A stretch of DNA of 64,000 nucleotides from Verrucomicrobiota bacterium (GTDB lineage: Bacteria; Verrucomicrobiota; Verrucomicrobiia; Limisphaerales; UBA8199), in contig JBEKRX010000017.1 of the NCBI GenBank assembly GCA_049518415.1, positions 82,305 to 146,304 of the forward strand. The letters are read 5' to 3'. Both the position numbers and the translations under genes were made by a program. Under the pieces are notes generated by a model. The model saw nothing but the letters and a program-made list of their open reading frames with translations. It did not search any database and was not told the origin of the DNA. Every line of letters begins with the position of its first letter. Positions within the stretch are counted from its first letter, which is position 1. Shown in pieces: positions 1 to 7,232 of the stretch.

Positions 1-255
1 AATAGCAGGGACGAAGCCTCCGCACCACATGATAAGCAGGGCCGTCAAGTTATTCATGAGGTAGAGGACGAAGGCCGGAAATCCCGTCTCAGGATTTCCA
101 TGAAGGTGCTCCACCAGTTGTTCAATCAGGGCCGGTTTTGCAATGCCAAGCACTACTGCTCCAGCGAATCCGAAGCAGAAAAGGCAAAGAGTAAGGGCCA
201 ACCATTTTTTCGCACCGCGAATCAGGTCCCAGTAAGCTTGAGCCAGAGTCAGCAT
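1..255 (-). CDS. Membrane protein, N-terminal part (possibly SpoIIM/DUF95-like); continues beyond left edge of window
   Basis: Open minus-strand frame from ATG at 253-255 to the window edge; absent from the ORF track because it is open-ended. Translation: MLTLAQAYWDLIRGAKKWLALTLCLFCFGFAGAVVLGIAKPALIEQLVEHLHGNPETGFPAFVLYLMNNLTALLIMWCGGFVPAI. Two hydrophobic spans. Visibly lower GC than the rest of the window. The family call is a weak recollection. Confidence 0.35.
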   Translation of the reverse strand, partial: MLTLAQAYWDLIRGAKKWLALTLCLFCFGFAGAVVLGIAKPALIEQLVEHLHGNPETGFPAFVLYLMNNLTALLIMWCGGFVPAI

Positions 256-317
256 TTGTATCAACCTGCGTTGTGTGAATAGAAGTTCAGCGCCCGGCCC
301 CGACCGACAGACCAGCT

Positions 318-449
318 ATGCAGCTCCAAGTTAAGACCCTGCTCAACGCCGTTCAACACTTTGTTGGCTTCGTTTACCACGACATCCGCCTGCTGCGCGA
401 CCGCAAAGGCCGCCCCCGCCAAATCCAAAAAGGGGTCAGAGATGACTAA
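318..449 (+). pseudogene. ISL3-family transposase, N-terminal ~35-aa remnant
   Basis: MQLQVKTLLNAVQHFVGFVYHDIRLLRDRKGRP resembles the conserved ISL3 transposase N-terminus (KTILNRV.KFKGFVY). The frame ends at TAA 447-449, exactly where the 37-nt dispersed motif begins. No remainder of the transposase is present. Confidence 0.5.
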
Positions 450-468
450 TGGAGCATTTCGTGGCCCC
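432..468 (+). repeat. Dispersed 37-nt motif GGGGTCAGAGATGACTAATGGAGCATTTCGTGGCCCC (copy 1 of 4)
   Basis: Near-identical copies at 696-732 (same orientation), 921-950 (inverted) and 30675-30711 (inverted). Confidence 0.85.
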
Positions 469-485
469 TGCTAAAGGTTTGCCCC

Positions 486-690
486 CTACCACGGCTTCAA
501 CTGGTTCATGGCCTTGACCAGGGCGCGCCTGAGGGCCAGGGGCTCCATGCTGCCAGTTTGGCGATAGACGATCTTGCCGTCCGGCGCGAGCAGGACCGTG
601 TAGGGCAGGGCGCCCTGCCAGTCGGGGTCAAACGCGTCAATGAGCCTTTCCCGGTCGGCCGAGGAAAAGATCAAGTTCCGGCAGGAGGCC
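486..690 (-). pseudogene. 3'-terminal fragment of a thioredoxin-like/redoxin gene; truncated duplicate of the end of CDS 29539..30657
   Basis: The 62-aa ORF MIFSSADRERLIDAFDPDWQGALPYTVLLAPDGKIVYRQTGSMEPLALRRALVKAMNQLKPW matches the last 62 aa of the 372-aa redoxin at about 57/62 positions. Nucleotide similarity extends over 432-690 versus the reverse complement of 30453-30711. Confidence 0.85.
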
Positions 691-695
691 TTCTA

Positions 696-950
696 GGGGT
701 CAGAAATGACTCATGGAGCATTTCGCGTGACCGGATCATTCTTCCGAGGTTCGGCTGACCAACCGCAGCGCATTGGCGGCGGTGCGCCAGCAGCCCCTAA
801 TCAGTTCCCTCGCGGTCCAGCTCCACGTCATCGTCGTCCCCGCACGGAGCGCTGCGGCTATGCGTGCCTTCCCGCTCCAAGCGTAGCTTGCGTGGCGCGC
901 AGCAAGTCTGCCGGAGGAAGAAAAATGCGTCAATAGTCATCTCTGACCCC
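696..950. mobile_element. MITE-like 255-bp element bounded by inverted copies of the 37-nt motif
   Basis: Left end GGGGTCAGAAATGACTCATGGAGCATTT (696-723). Right end, reverse-complemented, GGGGTCAGAGATGACTATTGACGCATTT (950-923). That is about 24/28 matching terminal inverted repeats. No credible ORF inside and no obvious target duplication. Confidence 0.5.
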
Positions 951-998
951 TGCCCGACCAGGCGCAAGGACGGGCGCTGGGAACGCGGACTGGCCGGC

Positions 999-2396
999 TC
1001 ACTTCGCCGCGGGCGCCGGAGGGGGTTGGGCCGGCTCAGGGGGCTTGGCCGGCAGAGGGGTGACTTGCGATTGCAGGCCCAGCTTCGCGCACAGGAAATA
1101 AACGATGGCGCCGACGACAAACGCTGCCACGGGCGCGCAAGGCACGTTCACCCGGAGGGAGACCGGGAGCATTTCATTCGGCAGAATACCCACAATGAAC
1201 CCGAGCAACCAGGCAATCCACCCGGCGGGGTTGAAACCGGCGCGCGGACCCGCCCAGCGGCTGCGGCAAAGCAGGTAATCCACGACCATGGCCCCGACAA
1301 TCGGGCCGAACGACGCCCCAATCAGGCCAAAGACGTTGGCGAGGTCGCTCGCCACTTTGGTCACCGCAAGGAGAATGCTGACCACCGCGCCAATCCCGAC
1401 CGAGATAAAGGGATTCACCTTGGGCAGCGTGGTCTTGAAGCTGTTGGCGGCAATAAACGAGGAGAAGCAGGCGCCGGGGAACGCGGCCAGCGGCAGACCA
1501 ATCATCATGGCGGCGTACAGGGCCGGGGAAAGCTTCTTCTCCAGCGCGTCGGTCATGTTGATGACCGAGGAATCCACTACGCCGGCCGCGCGGGCGCCCG
1601 CCACCACGATGACCGAGATGCCGGCCGTCACGACAATGGCGATGAGGATGCCGAAGATGCCGCCCAGGCTCACGTCCTTTTCGTTGCGGTTGCTCATGCA
1701 GATATCCACCCCGGCCGCTCCCGCCGTGGCGAAGAATCCCACAATAATGCCGACCATGATCAATACGGTATTAAGCGTGCTGCCCGACGCTCCGGCGGTG
1801 GCGTCCGGCTGGTAGTCAAAGGCCGAGCCGGCGAACATCACCAGGCCAATGACGAGCACCGCCAGTGGGATGACCGGCAGGTAGGTCGCTACCCGGGCGA
1901 CGTATTGAATGCCTTTCAGACCGACGAAGGCGGCCGCCAATGCGAAGATGATGCACAGGGGCATGAAAAGACCCGGGGCACCCAGCCCTTTTGCCAGCGC
2001 CAGCGAGGAGATGCAGGCGTTGACCCCCAGCCAGCCGAACTGCAGCACCCCCATAAGGAAACCGGGCATGAGCAGCCCGCCCACCGCCCCGAACGTGGAA
2101 GTGCCCACAATATAGAGCGGCAGGCCGGTCCGCATGCCCAGCAGCCCGGGAACCAGGTAAAACAGGTAGTGGCAAATCACCGCGCCCAGGACAATGCCCA
2201 CGAGCGTGGCAGCCAATCCTCCCGTGGAGAGGCTGTGCTTGGATATGGAGTCCCAAAACACGAACCATAGGAAAACTCCCGCATAGGTTTGGGCGGTGGT
2301 CTTATACCACGGCGCGCGCTTGTCCAGGGGATTGGGCGACGCGCTCGTGATGTAGGAAGGAAGGGAACTGACTGGTTGCTTCTCTTGATTATTCAT
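999..2396 (-). CDS. NCS1-type purine-cytosine permease family transporter
   Basis: 465-aa polytopic membrane protein with about 12 hydrophobic helices. The pattern is typical of CodB-like permeases (GTSTFGAVGG, ATAGAAGVDICMSNR). Pro-rich C-terminal tail. The antisense 468-aa ORF is Arg/Gly-rich junk. Confidence 0.75.
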   Translation of the reverse strand: MNNQEKQPVSSLPSYITSASPNPLDKRAPWYKTTAQTYAGVFLWFVFWDSISKHSLSTGGLAATLVGIVLGAVICHYLFYLVPGLLGMRTGLPLYIVGTSTFGAVGGLLMPGFLMGVLQFGWLGVNACISSLALAKGLGAPGLFMPLCIIFALAAAFVGLKGIQYVARVATYLPVIPLAVLVIGLVMFAGSAFDYQPDATAGASGSTLNTVLIMVGIIVGFFATAGAAGVDICMSNRNEKDVSLGGIFGILIAIVVTAGISVIVVAGARAAGVVDSSVINMTDALEKKLSPALYAAMMIGLPLAAFPGACFSSFIAANSFKTTLPKVNPFISVGIGAVVSILLAVTKVASDLANVFGLIGASFGPIVGAMVVDYLLCRSRWAGPRAGFNPAGWIAWLLGFIVGILPNEMLPVSLRVNVPCAPVAAFVVGAIVYFLCAKLGLQSQVTPLPAKPPEPAQPPPAPAAK

Positions 2397-2752
2397 AGGG
2401 GTGGGTTATCGGTTTTTCCGGCGACCGACATGCACTGGCGGGCAGGGCAAGCGCGGCGCCACGCCGCGCCCTCGGTTCTGCCAATCCATCGGGCGGACCT
2501 TTGGTTAAGAGCCTGTCTCTGCAGGGCCGGCCTTCTCTCGACACCTCGGGACCGGTTCAGGCGGCTTTCGGACGGGCCATTTCGACGCCGGGCCGGAAAG
2601 CCCGGCGAACCGGCAGCCTGGAATGGCTGTCCGGCTGAGATGAGCACAAAGCGGCCTGATTGCAAACAGAGGCCAAGCATTAGCCAAGCATACTCCCGGT
2701 GCCCGCCGCGCTGTCAATCGCAAATTGTCGAGGATGAACGACGGGGGGTGGA

Positions 2753-2798
2753 GGCGACAAAATTGCCAGAATCAGGCCGCCGCGGCCAGGCCAGCGCG
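2753..2798 (+). repeat. 46-bp direct repeat, copy A (GCGACAAAATTGCCAGAATCAGGCCGCCGCGGCCAGGCCAGCGC)
   Basis: Near-identical second copy at 3090-3134. The two copies bracket the hairpin-rich element at 2873-3000. Confidence 0.85.
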
Positions 2799-2872
2799 TT
2801 TCTGTTCTGCGCGGGGGGCGCATCCTGAGACTGCCCCCGAGCGCGGGCGGAAGCCCTCCCCCCATCCCCCCT

Positions 2873-3000
2873 CCCATGCGCTCGGAGCGCATGGGATGGG
2901 GGCGATCCCTTTTTCCACTTTACCCAGGGCGGCGGCCCGTCCCGCTGGGAGCGGGACGGGCCTTGCCCTGGGCTACTGTCTTGTTGCCCCTTCGGGGCAA
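2873..3000. repeat. Hairpin-rich intergenic element (family member 1)
   Basis: Three perfect or near-perfect hairpins: CCCATGCGCTC-g-GAGCGCATGGG (2873-2895); CAGGGC..GGCCCGTCCCGC-tggga-GCGGGACGGGCC..GCCCTG (2925-2970); TTGCCCC-ttcg-GGGCAA (2984-3000). Conserved linkers CCCTTT..TTTACCC and GGCTACTGTCT are shared with 9149-9260. Confidence 0.7.
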
Positions 3001-3089
3001 AAGGATGCCGCGCTGCGCGCGGGTAGAGTGGAATTAGCGGCAGTGTCGGGATGCGCCCAGTGCGGAGGGCCGACAGGCCGACAGGGGTG

Positions 3090-3134
3090 GGCGACAAAAT
3101 TGCCAGAATCAGGCCGCCGCGGCCAGGCCAGCGC
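3090..3134 (+). repeat. 46-bp direct repeat, copy B
   Basis: Matches 2753-2798. Confidence 0.85.
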
Positions 3135-3164
3135 CTTTTTGCTCCAACGTGAATTGGAATTGCA

Positions 3165-3196
3165 GCCCTTCAGCGCTGCAACGCTTCAAGGCAGTA
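3165..3196. repeat. Imperfect 8-mer tandem repeat (RSGCTTCA)x4 overlapping the stop of CDS 3170..4954
   Basis: gcccttca gcgctgca acgcttca aggcagta. Same 8-mer family as 5087-5118 and 7193-7232. Confidence 0.7.
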
Positions 3197-4954
3197 AACA
3201 TTAGTCACTCCCCGCAGGAAGATTTTCCCCGGCGCGAAGGCGGGGCTGGCGTGGAAGGCATCGCCCATTTGCGTGCGGAACAGTTCTTTGAATTGGCGCG
3301 CCGCTTCGACCACGACCGCGGCGCCTTTTTGGCTGAAGAGATAAAGCCGGTTTCCGGCCAGGGCCGGCGAGGCGTGGCATTCCATATCGAAGTCGTGCTC
3401 CCATTGCTTCTTTCCGTCTTTGGCGTCGAAGCAGGTGAGCAGGCCGCCGGTGGTGACGGTGAAGACCAGTTCGCCGTTGCTGGCCGGGCTGGTCACGTCG
3501 GGCACGTTCTCTTCGCTCACCCAGGCCACATGGGTTTTGGTCACGTCGCCTTGCCCGTCGGGACGAATAGCCAGCAGTTTTTCCGACGGGCTGGCCACGA
3601 AGACCAATCCGCCGGCGAAGATGGGCGAGGGGGTAATTTCGCCGTTGAGCCCCTCGACGCGCCAAAGTTCGGCGCCGTCGGTGGCCGCATAGGCAATGAC
3701 CCACGGGACGGCCAGGGTAATCACCTGCGCCTTGCCGGCCGTCTCGATGACGATGGGCGAGGCCCAGGAAGCGCCCACCTGGCGTGGCCGTTGCCAAAGA
3801 GTCTGGCCCGTGCGCCCATCCAGCGCCAGGAGCTTCGATTTGCCTTCCTCGCTCTCGCCCTGGTCCAGTTGGAGGAGGAGCCGGTCCTGCCAGGTGGCCA
3901 GCGAGGCGGCATGGCCGTAAGGATTCTTGAGCGGGCCAAGGCTCTTGGCCCAGACCAGCTTGCCCTCGAAAGTAAAGGCCGCCGTGTCGCCATTGGCAAA
4001 GAGCACATAAAGGCGCCGGCCATCCGAGGCCATCGTGGAAGCGGCATAGCCGGTCGTGTCCGGGACCTCCGCCAACTGGGCGGCGCCGCCGGGGACATTG
4101 GTCACTGCCTGCCGCCAGAGCAACTGGCCGGTCTTGCCGTCGAGGCAGAACACTTCACGCCGGGCGGCGTCCCCGCCGGAGAAAAAGACGCGGTCACCCC
4201 AAGTGATGGGCGAATTGAACCCAGGGGCCGGCACGGCAGTTTTCCAGGCAATTCCCGCGCCGGTGCTTACGTCCCAGCTCGCCGGGGCATTGGTAAAAGC
4301 CGAGACCCCTCCGCCGCCCGCGCCGCGGAAGCGGGGCCAGTTGTGGCTCAGTTCGTCGAGCGGCGCGGCATCGCTGGAGCCGGCGGTGACGGTGTCCGAG
4401 CCGAGGAGTTTGTCCAGGTCGGCGGGCCGCCTGGGCAAGGCGGTGCTCAGGCCCAGACTCAGTAGAAACAGGAATGCGCCGATGGCGGCGCCGCTGGCGG
4501 CCACACACCAGCGCGCGCGGGCGGCGGCGCGGGCGGGTTCGCCGGGGGCATCGCGCCGGGGCCGGGGCCGCTGCTTTTGGTAAGAAGCCAGCCGGGTCAC
4601 GGCGAGCACCAACAGGGCCACCCCGCCGAGCAACAGGTACACGCCTGCATCCATTCGCGACAACTGGCGGAAGTAGCGCGCACGGAGCTGCAAATCGAGC
4701 TGGCGAATGTTCTGCTTGAGCTGCTCATCGGCTGGGCTGAGCCTCAGTTTCTCTTTGTAGGCCTTGAGCCGGGGCGAGTTCAGCGGATCATCCGCTCGGG
4801 CCTGGAGCTGGCCCAGGAGCATCCCGAGACCGACCAGAGCCGCGAAAACGCCGGCCACCCACGCCGTCAGGCGCCAGGCGCGGCAGGCGCCCTGCTCCAC
4901 GCCCTCCGAAACCGGGGCCGTGGCTCTCGGTTGGTCAACCTGATTCCCACTCAT
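3170..4954 (-). CDS. Membrane-anchored PQQ-like (BamB-like) beta-propeller repeat protein
   Basis: 594 aa. Three N-terminal hydrophobic segments, then WPRFRGAGGGG and repeated blade signatures (LLWRQ, LVWAK, TLWQR, ELWRV, KQWEH). Confidence 0.75.
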   Translation of the reverse strand: MSGNQVDQPRATAPVSEGVEQGACRAWRLTAWVAGVFAALVGLGMLLGQLQARADDPLNSPRLKAYKEKLRLSPADEQLKQNIRQLDLQLRARYFRQLSRMDAGVYLLLGGVALLVLAVTRLASYQKQRPRPRRDAPGEPARAAARARWCVAASGAAIGAFLFLLSLGLSTALPRRPADLDKLLGSDTVTAGSSDAAPLDELSHNWPRFRGAGGGGVSAFTNAPASWDVSTGAGIAWKTAVPAPGFNSPITWGDRVFFSGGDAARREVFCLDGKTGQLLWRQAVTNVPGGAAQLAEVPDTTGYAASTMASDGRRLYVLFANGDTAAFTFEGKLVWAKSLGPLKNPYGHAASLATWQDRLLLQLDQGESEEGKSKLLALDGRTGQTLWQRPRQVGASWASPIVIETAGKAQVITLAVPWVIAYAATDGAELWRVEGLNGEITPSPIFAGGLVFVASPSEKLLAIRPDGQGDVTKTHVAWVSEENVPDVTSPASNGELVFTVTTGGLLTCFDAKDGKKQWEHDFDMECHASPALAGNRLYLFSQKGAAVVVEAARQFKELFRTQMGDAFHASPAFAPGKIFLRGVTNVYCLEALQR

Positions 4955-5086
4955 TTGAACTTATAGCTCCGGTCAAAAGCATATCCCGGCATCACTCTGC
5001 CTCAAACCCGAAAACCGAAGGCCGAATGACAAAGGCGCAAACTATACCTGCAGGCAGCATGACCTGTTTAACTTACTAGCTCGTCT

Positions 5087-5118
5087 AACGCTTCAACACT
5101 TCAAGGCTTCAGCGCTTG
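5087..5118. repeat. Imperfect 8-mer tandem repeat x4 overlapping the stop of CDS 5093..6505
   Basis: aacgcttc aacacttc aaggcttc agcgcttg, preceded by ACCTGTTTAACT (5062-5073), which is identical to 7175-7186. Confidence 0.7.
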
Positions 5119-6505
5119 AACATATTCCCTCGGTCGGCGCCCGAGCCGGACGATTTCGCGGGCAATACTCGAAGCAGCGCGCGCAGGCGACGCAGGCGCC
5201 GCGATCCGGCTCGTAATCAGTCCGCGGGCGATAAACCGAGAGACTGATGAGCTTTGCGCCGATGACCAGCCCCACCCAGGCGCCGAAAATCCAGCCGCCG
5301 ACCAGGAATCGCTGCCGGATGGCCGCGGCGTCGGTCAGGAGTTCTTTTGGGCTTTGGCGGGCGCGTGCGAGCGCCAGGTCGGCGTCCGTCAGGGTGCCGG
5401 TCTTGGGCGGGGTGTCGCGCTCGCGCACGAAGCGCTCGGCGAGCTTAACGGTGGGGTGCAACCAGGCGGCGGGGACGCTGAAGCGCCCCCCGAGCCAGAC
5501 GCCGCCGGCCAGGAGCACCGGCAGAAGCAGGAGCAGCCAGGCCAGCCGGCGGCGGTCTTCGGCCAGTTGCGGTTCGGCTCTGGCGGCCTGCGGTCGGCGC
5601 ATCGCGCCATAGGGGCAAGCGGCCTCGCACAACCGGCAGCGGGCACAGTCATCGGTCGCCACGCGCACGCCCCATTTCGCGACTGCCGCGCCCAGCTTGA
5701 GCAAGGCGCCATAGGGACAAAGAAACCGGCAGTAAGGGCGGCCGACGAACACGCCCAGCAGCAGCAGGGCCGCCCCCGCCAGCACCATCAAGGTGCGCCC
5801 GTTCAGCCGGAAGATGGGCACGAAGGGATCGTATTGACAGATGATAAACGCGCTGCCCGTCGCCGCGAACAAGACCCCCGCTCCCAAGTAGATGAAGGGC
5901 AACACACTCAGGCCATGTTCCAGCCAGGAGGGCACTTTCACCGGTTTGAGCAGGAGCAAATCCTGCAACGCCCCGTGCGGGCAGACGCCCGCGCAGAAGG
6001 TCCGGCCCGCGAACAGCGCGAACGCCAGCGGCAACACAAAGAAAGCCGTCACCACCAGCGGCACCGCGTAGCCGCCGTCTCCCAGCGCCAGCGCCACATT
6101 CTGCAGCGAGCCGATGGCGCAAACGCAGCCTTTGCGCCAGAACCCGAAGTAGAGGAGCGAGAACCCTGACAGCGCCAGCACGCCCCGGCGCGAGCGTTTC
6201 CGGTACACCACCCAGGTAGCCAGGCCCAGCATCACCCCCAGCACGGCGACATCCAGGTACTGCAAGAGCACCGCGCGCGCCGCCGGCGTGGGCATGACCG
6301 GGAGTTGATGGCCGCTCTCGAATTCGGGCGGGGGAAAGCGTTGCTCGGCCAGCCCGCTCGCACAGCAGAGGGTGAGGAGCAAGGCGTAAAGCGCAAACCG
6401 CAAAATCCAGCCCGACGCCGAGGCAGGCTCGACCGAGGGACCAGCGCCGCCTGCGCGCGCCGCCCGCCGCCTGCTGCACTGCGCACTGGCTTGGCGCCAA
6501 GTCAT
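5093..6505 (-). CDS. NapH/MauN-type membrane polyferredoxin (4Fe-4S binding protein)
   Basis: 470 aa and multi-TM. Motifs CAGVCPHGALQD and CRFLCPYGALLK, plus two CxxCxxCxxxCP motifs (CARCRLCEAACP, CVACARCFEYCP). Its ATG directly abuts the upstream stop (TGAATG at 6503-6508). Confidence 0.8.
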   Translation of the reverse strand: MTWRQASAQCSRRRAARAGGAGPSVEPASASGWILRFALYALLLTLCCASGLAEQRFPPPEFESGHQLPVMPTPAARAVLLQYLDVAVLGVMLGLATWVVYRKRSRRGVLALSGFSLLYFGFWRKGCVCAIGSLQNVALALGDGGYAVPLVVTAFFVLPLAFALFAGRTFCAGVCPHGALQDLLLLKPVKVPSWLEHGLSVLPFIYLGAGVLFAATGSAFIICQYDPFVPIFRLNGRTLMVLAGAALLLLGVFVGRPYCRFLCPYGALLKLGAAVAKWGVRVATDDCARCRLCEAACPYGAMRRPQAARAEPQLAEDRRRLAWLLLLLPVLLAGGVWLGGRFSVPAAWLHPTVKLAERFVRERDTPPKTGTLTDADLALARARQSPKELLTDAAAIRQRFLVGGWIFGAWVGLVIGAKLISLSVYRPRTDYEPDRGACVACARCFEYCPRNRPARAPTEGICSSAEALKC

Positions 6506-7078
6506 TCAGTGGCTCCTGGTCTTGAGCAGGTAGGGTTGCTCCGCCGGCACCCGGCGGAAGGCATCACCGGCGCAGACTTTGGCGATGGCGCATTCATTGC
6601 AATTGACACAGCGGTCGTGGCGGACCTGGAGGAAGAGCGAGCCGTTGCCGAAACGGTTGCAGCCCTCCACGCATTTGGCGCAGCCGATGCAGAGCCCCTC
6701 CTCAATCGTGTATTCGTAATACGGGTCCTCGACGAAGGTGCGTTTGATGGCGCCGGTCGGGCAGAGGCAGTTCTCGGCGCCAGTGTTGAGGTCGTTCGGC
6801 TCCGGCTCGAAATAGCCGGTGCAGAGCTGGCAGTAGCCGCAGATGGCGAAGGCATGCACGCACTTCACCGCCGACTGTTCCAGCACGCAGTGGGTGGCGC
6901 AATTGCCGCAACGCACGCACTTCTGCGGATCGATTTGCCAGACCGTGCCTTGGGCCGCGCTGCGCCCGGCGACCACCCCGATCAGACCGCCCAGGCTCGT
7001 CAAGGCCGCCGCGCGCGCGCCCTCGCGCAGGAACTGCCGGCGGCTGACCGGCGGCTGGCTTGGAGGTTGGTTAGCCAT
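6506..7078 (-). CDS. Tat-exported multi-cluster 4Fe-4S ferredoxin (NapG-like)
   Basis: 190 aa. Twin-arginine signal VSRRQFLREGARAAAL. Cys clusters CVRCGNCATHC, CGYCQLC, CIGCAKCVEGC and CVNCNECAIAKVC. Confidence 0.85.
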   Translation of the reverse strand: MANQPPSQPPVSRRQFLREGARAAALTSLGGLIGVVAGRSAAQGTVWQIDPQKCVRCGNCATHCVLEQSAVKCVHAFAICGYCQLCTGYFEPEPNDLNTGAENCLCPTGAIKRTFVEDPYYEYTIEEGLCIGCAKCVEGCNRFGNGSLFLQVRHDRCVNCNECAIAKVCAGDAFRRVPAEQPYLLKTRSH

Positions 7079-7132
7079 GGTTTTTCAGCAGAGACGAGCT
7101 TTCAAGAGCCTTGCGGGGCAGGGTGGCGGGGG

Positions 7133-7160
7133 CCGAGGGTCGAGGGCCGAGGGTCGAGGG
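7133..7160. repeat. Heptamer tandem repeat (YCGAGGG)x4
   Basis: ccgaggg tcgaggg ccgaggg tcgaggg, in the spacer between the NHL gene and the ferredoxin gene. Confidence 0.8.
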
Positions 7161-7192
7161 AGGTCACTTATTTAACCTGTTTAACTCCTTTA

Positions 7193-7232
7193 ACGCTTCC
7201 ACGCTTCCAGGCTTCCACGTCTTCACGTCTTT
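7193..7232. repeat. 8-mer tandem repeat x5 overlapping the stop of the NHL gene
   Basis: acgcttcc acgcttcc aggcttcc acgtcttc acgtcttt, preceded by AACTCCTTTAACGCTT (7183-7198), which is identical to 61323-61338. Confidence 0.8.

Noticed and set aside
864-2270. 468-aa ORF on the plus strand opposite the permease gene
   Set aside because: It is Arg/Gly/His/Asp-rich with no hydrophobic core or motifs, which is the typical antisense shadow ORF of high-GC DNA. The minus-strand frame encodes a coherent 12-TM transporter.
2630-2645. CTGAGA word suggestive of a TPP riboswitch near the NCS1 transporter
   Set aside because: It lies on the plus strand while the transporter is on the minus strand. The rest of the TPP consensus (ACCTGATCTGGATAATGCCAGCG) is absent.
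3149-4465. 438-aa plus-strand ORF opposite the PQQ-propeller gene; also 5354..6169 and 6305..7369 opposite the Fe-S genes
   Set aside because: They have a low-complexity Gly/Arg/Ala composition and no recognisable domain. The opposite frames carry clear propeller and ferredoxin motifs.
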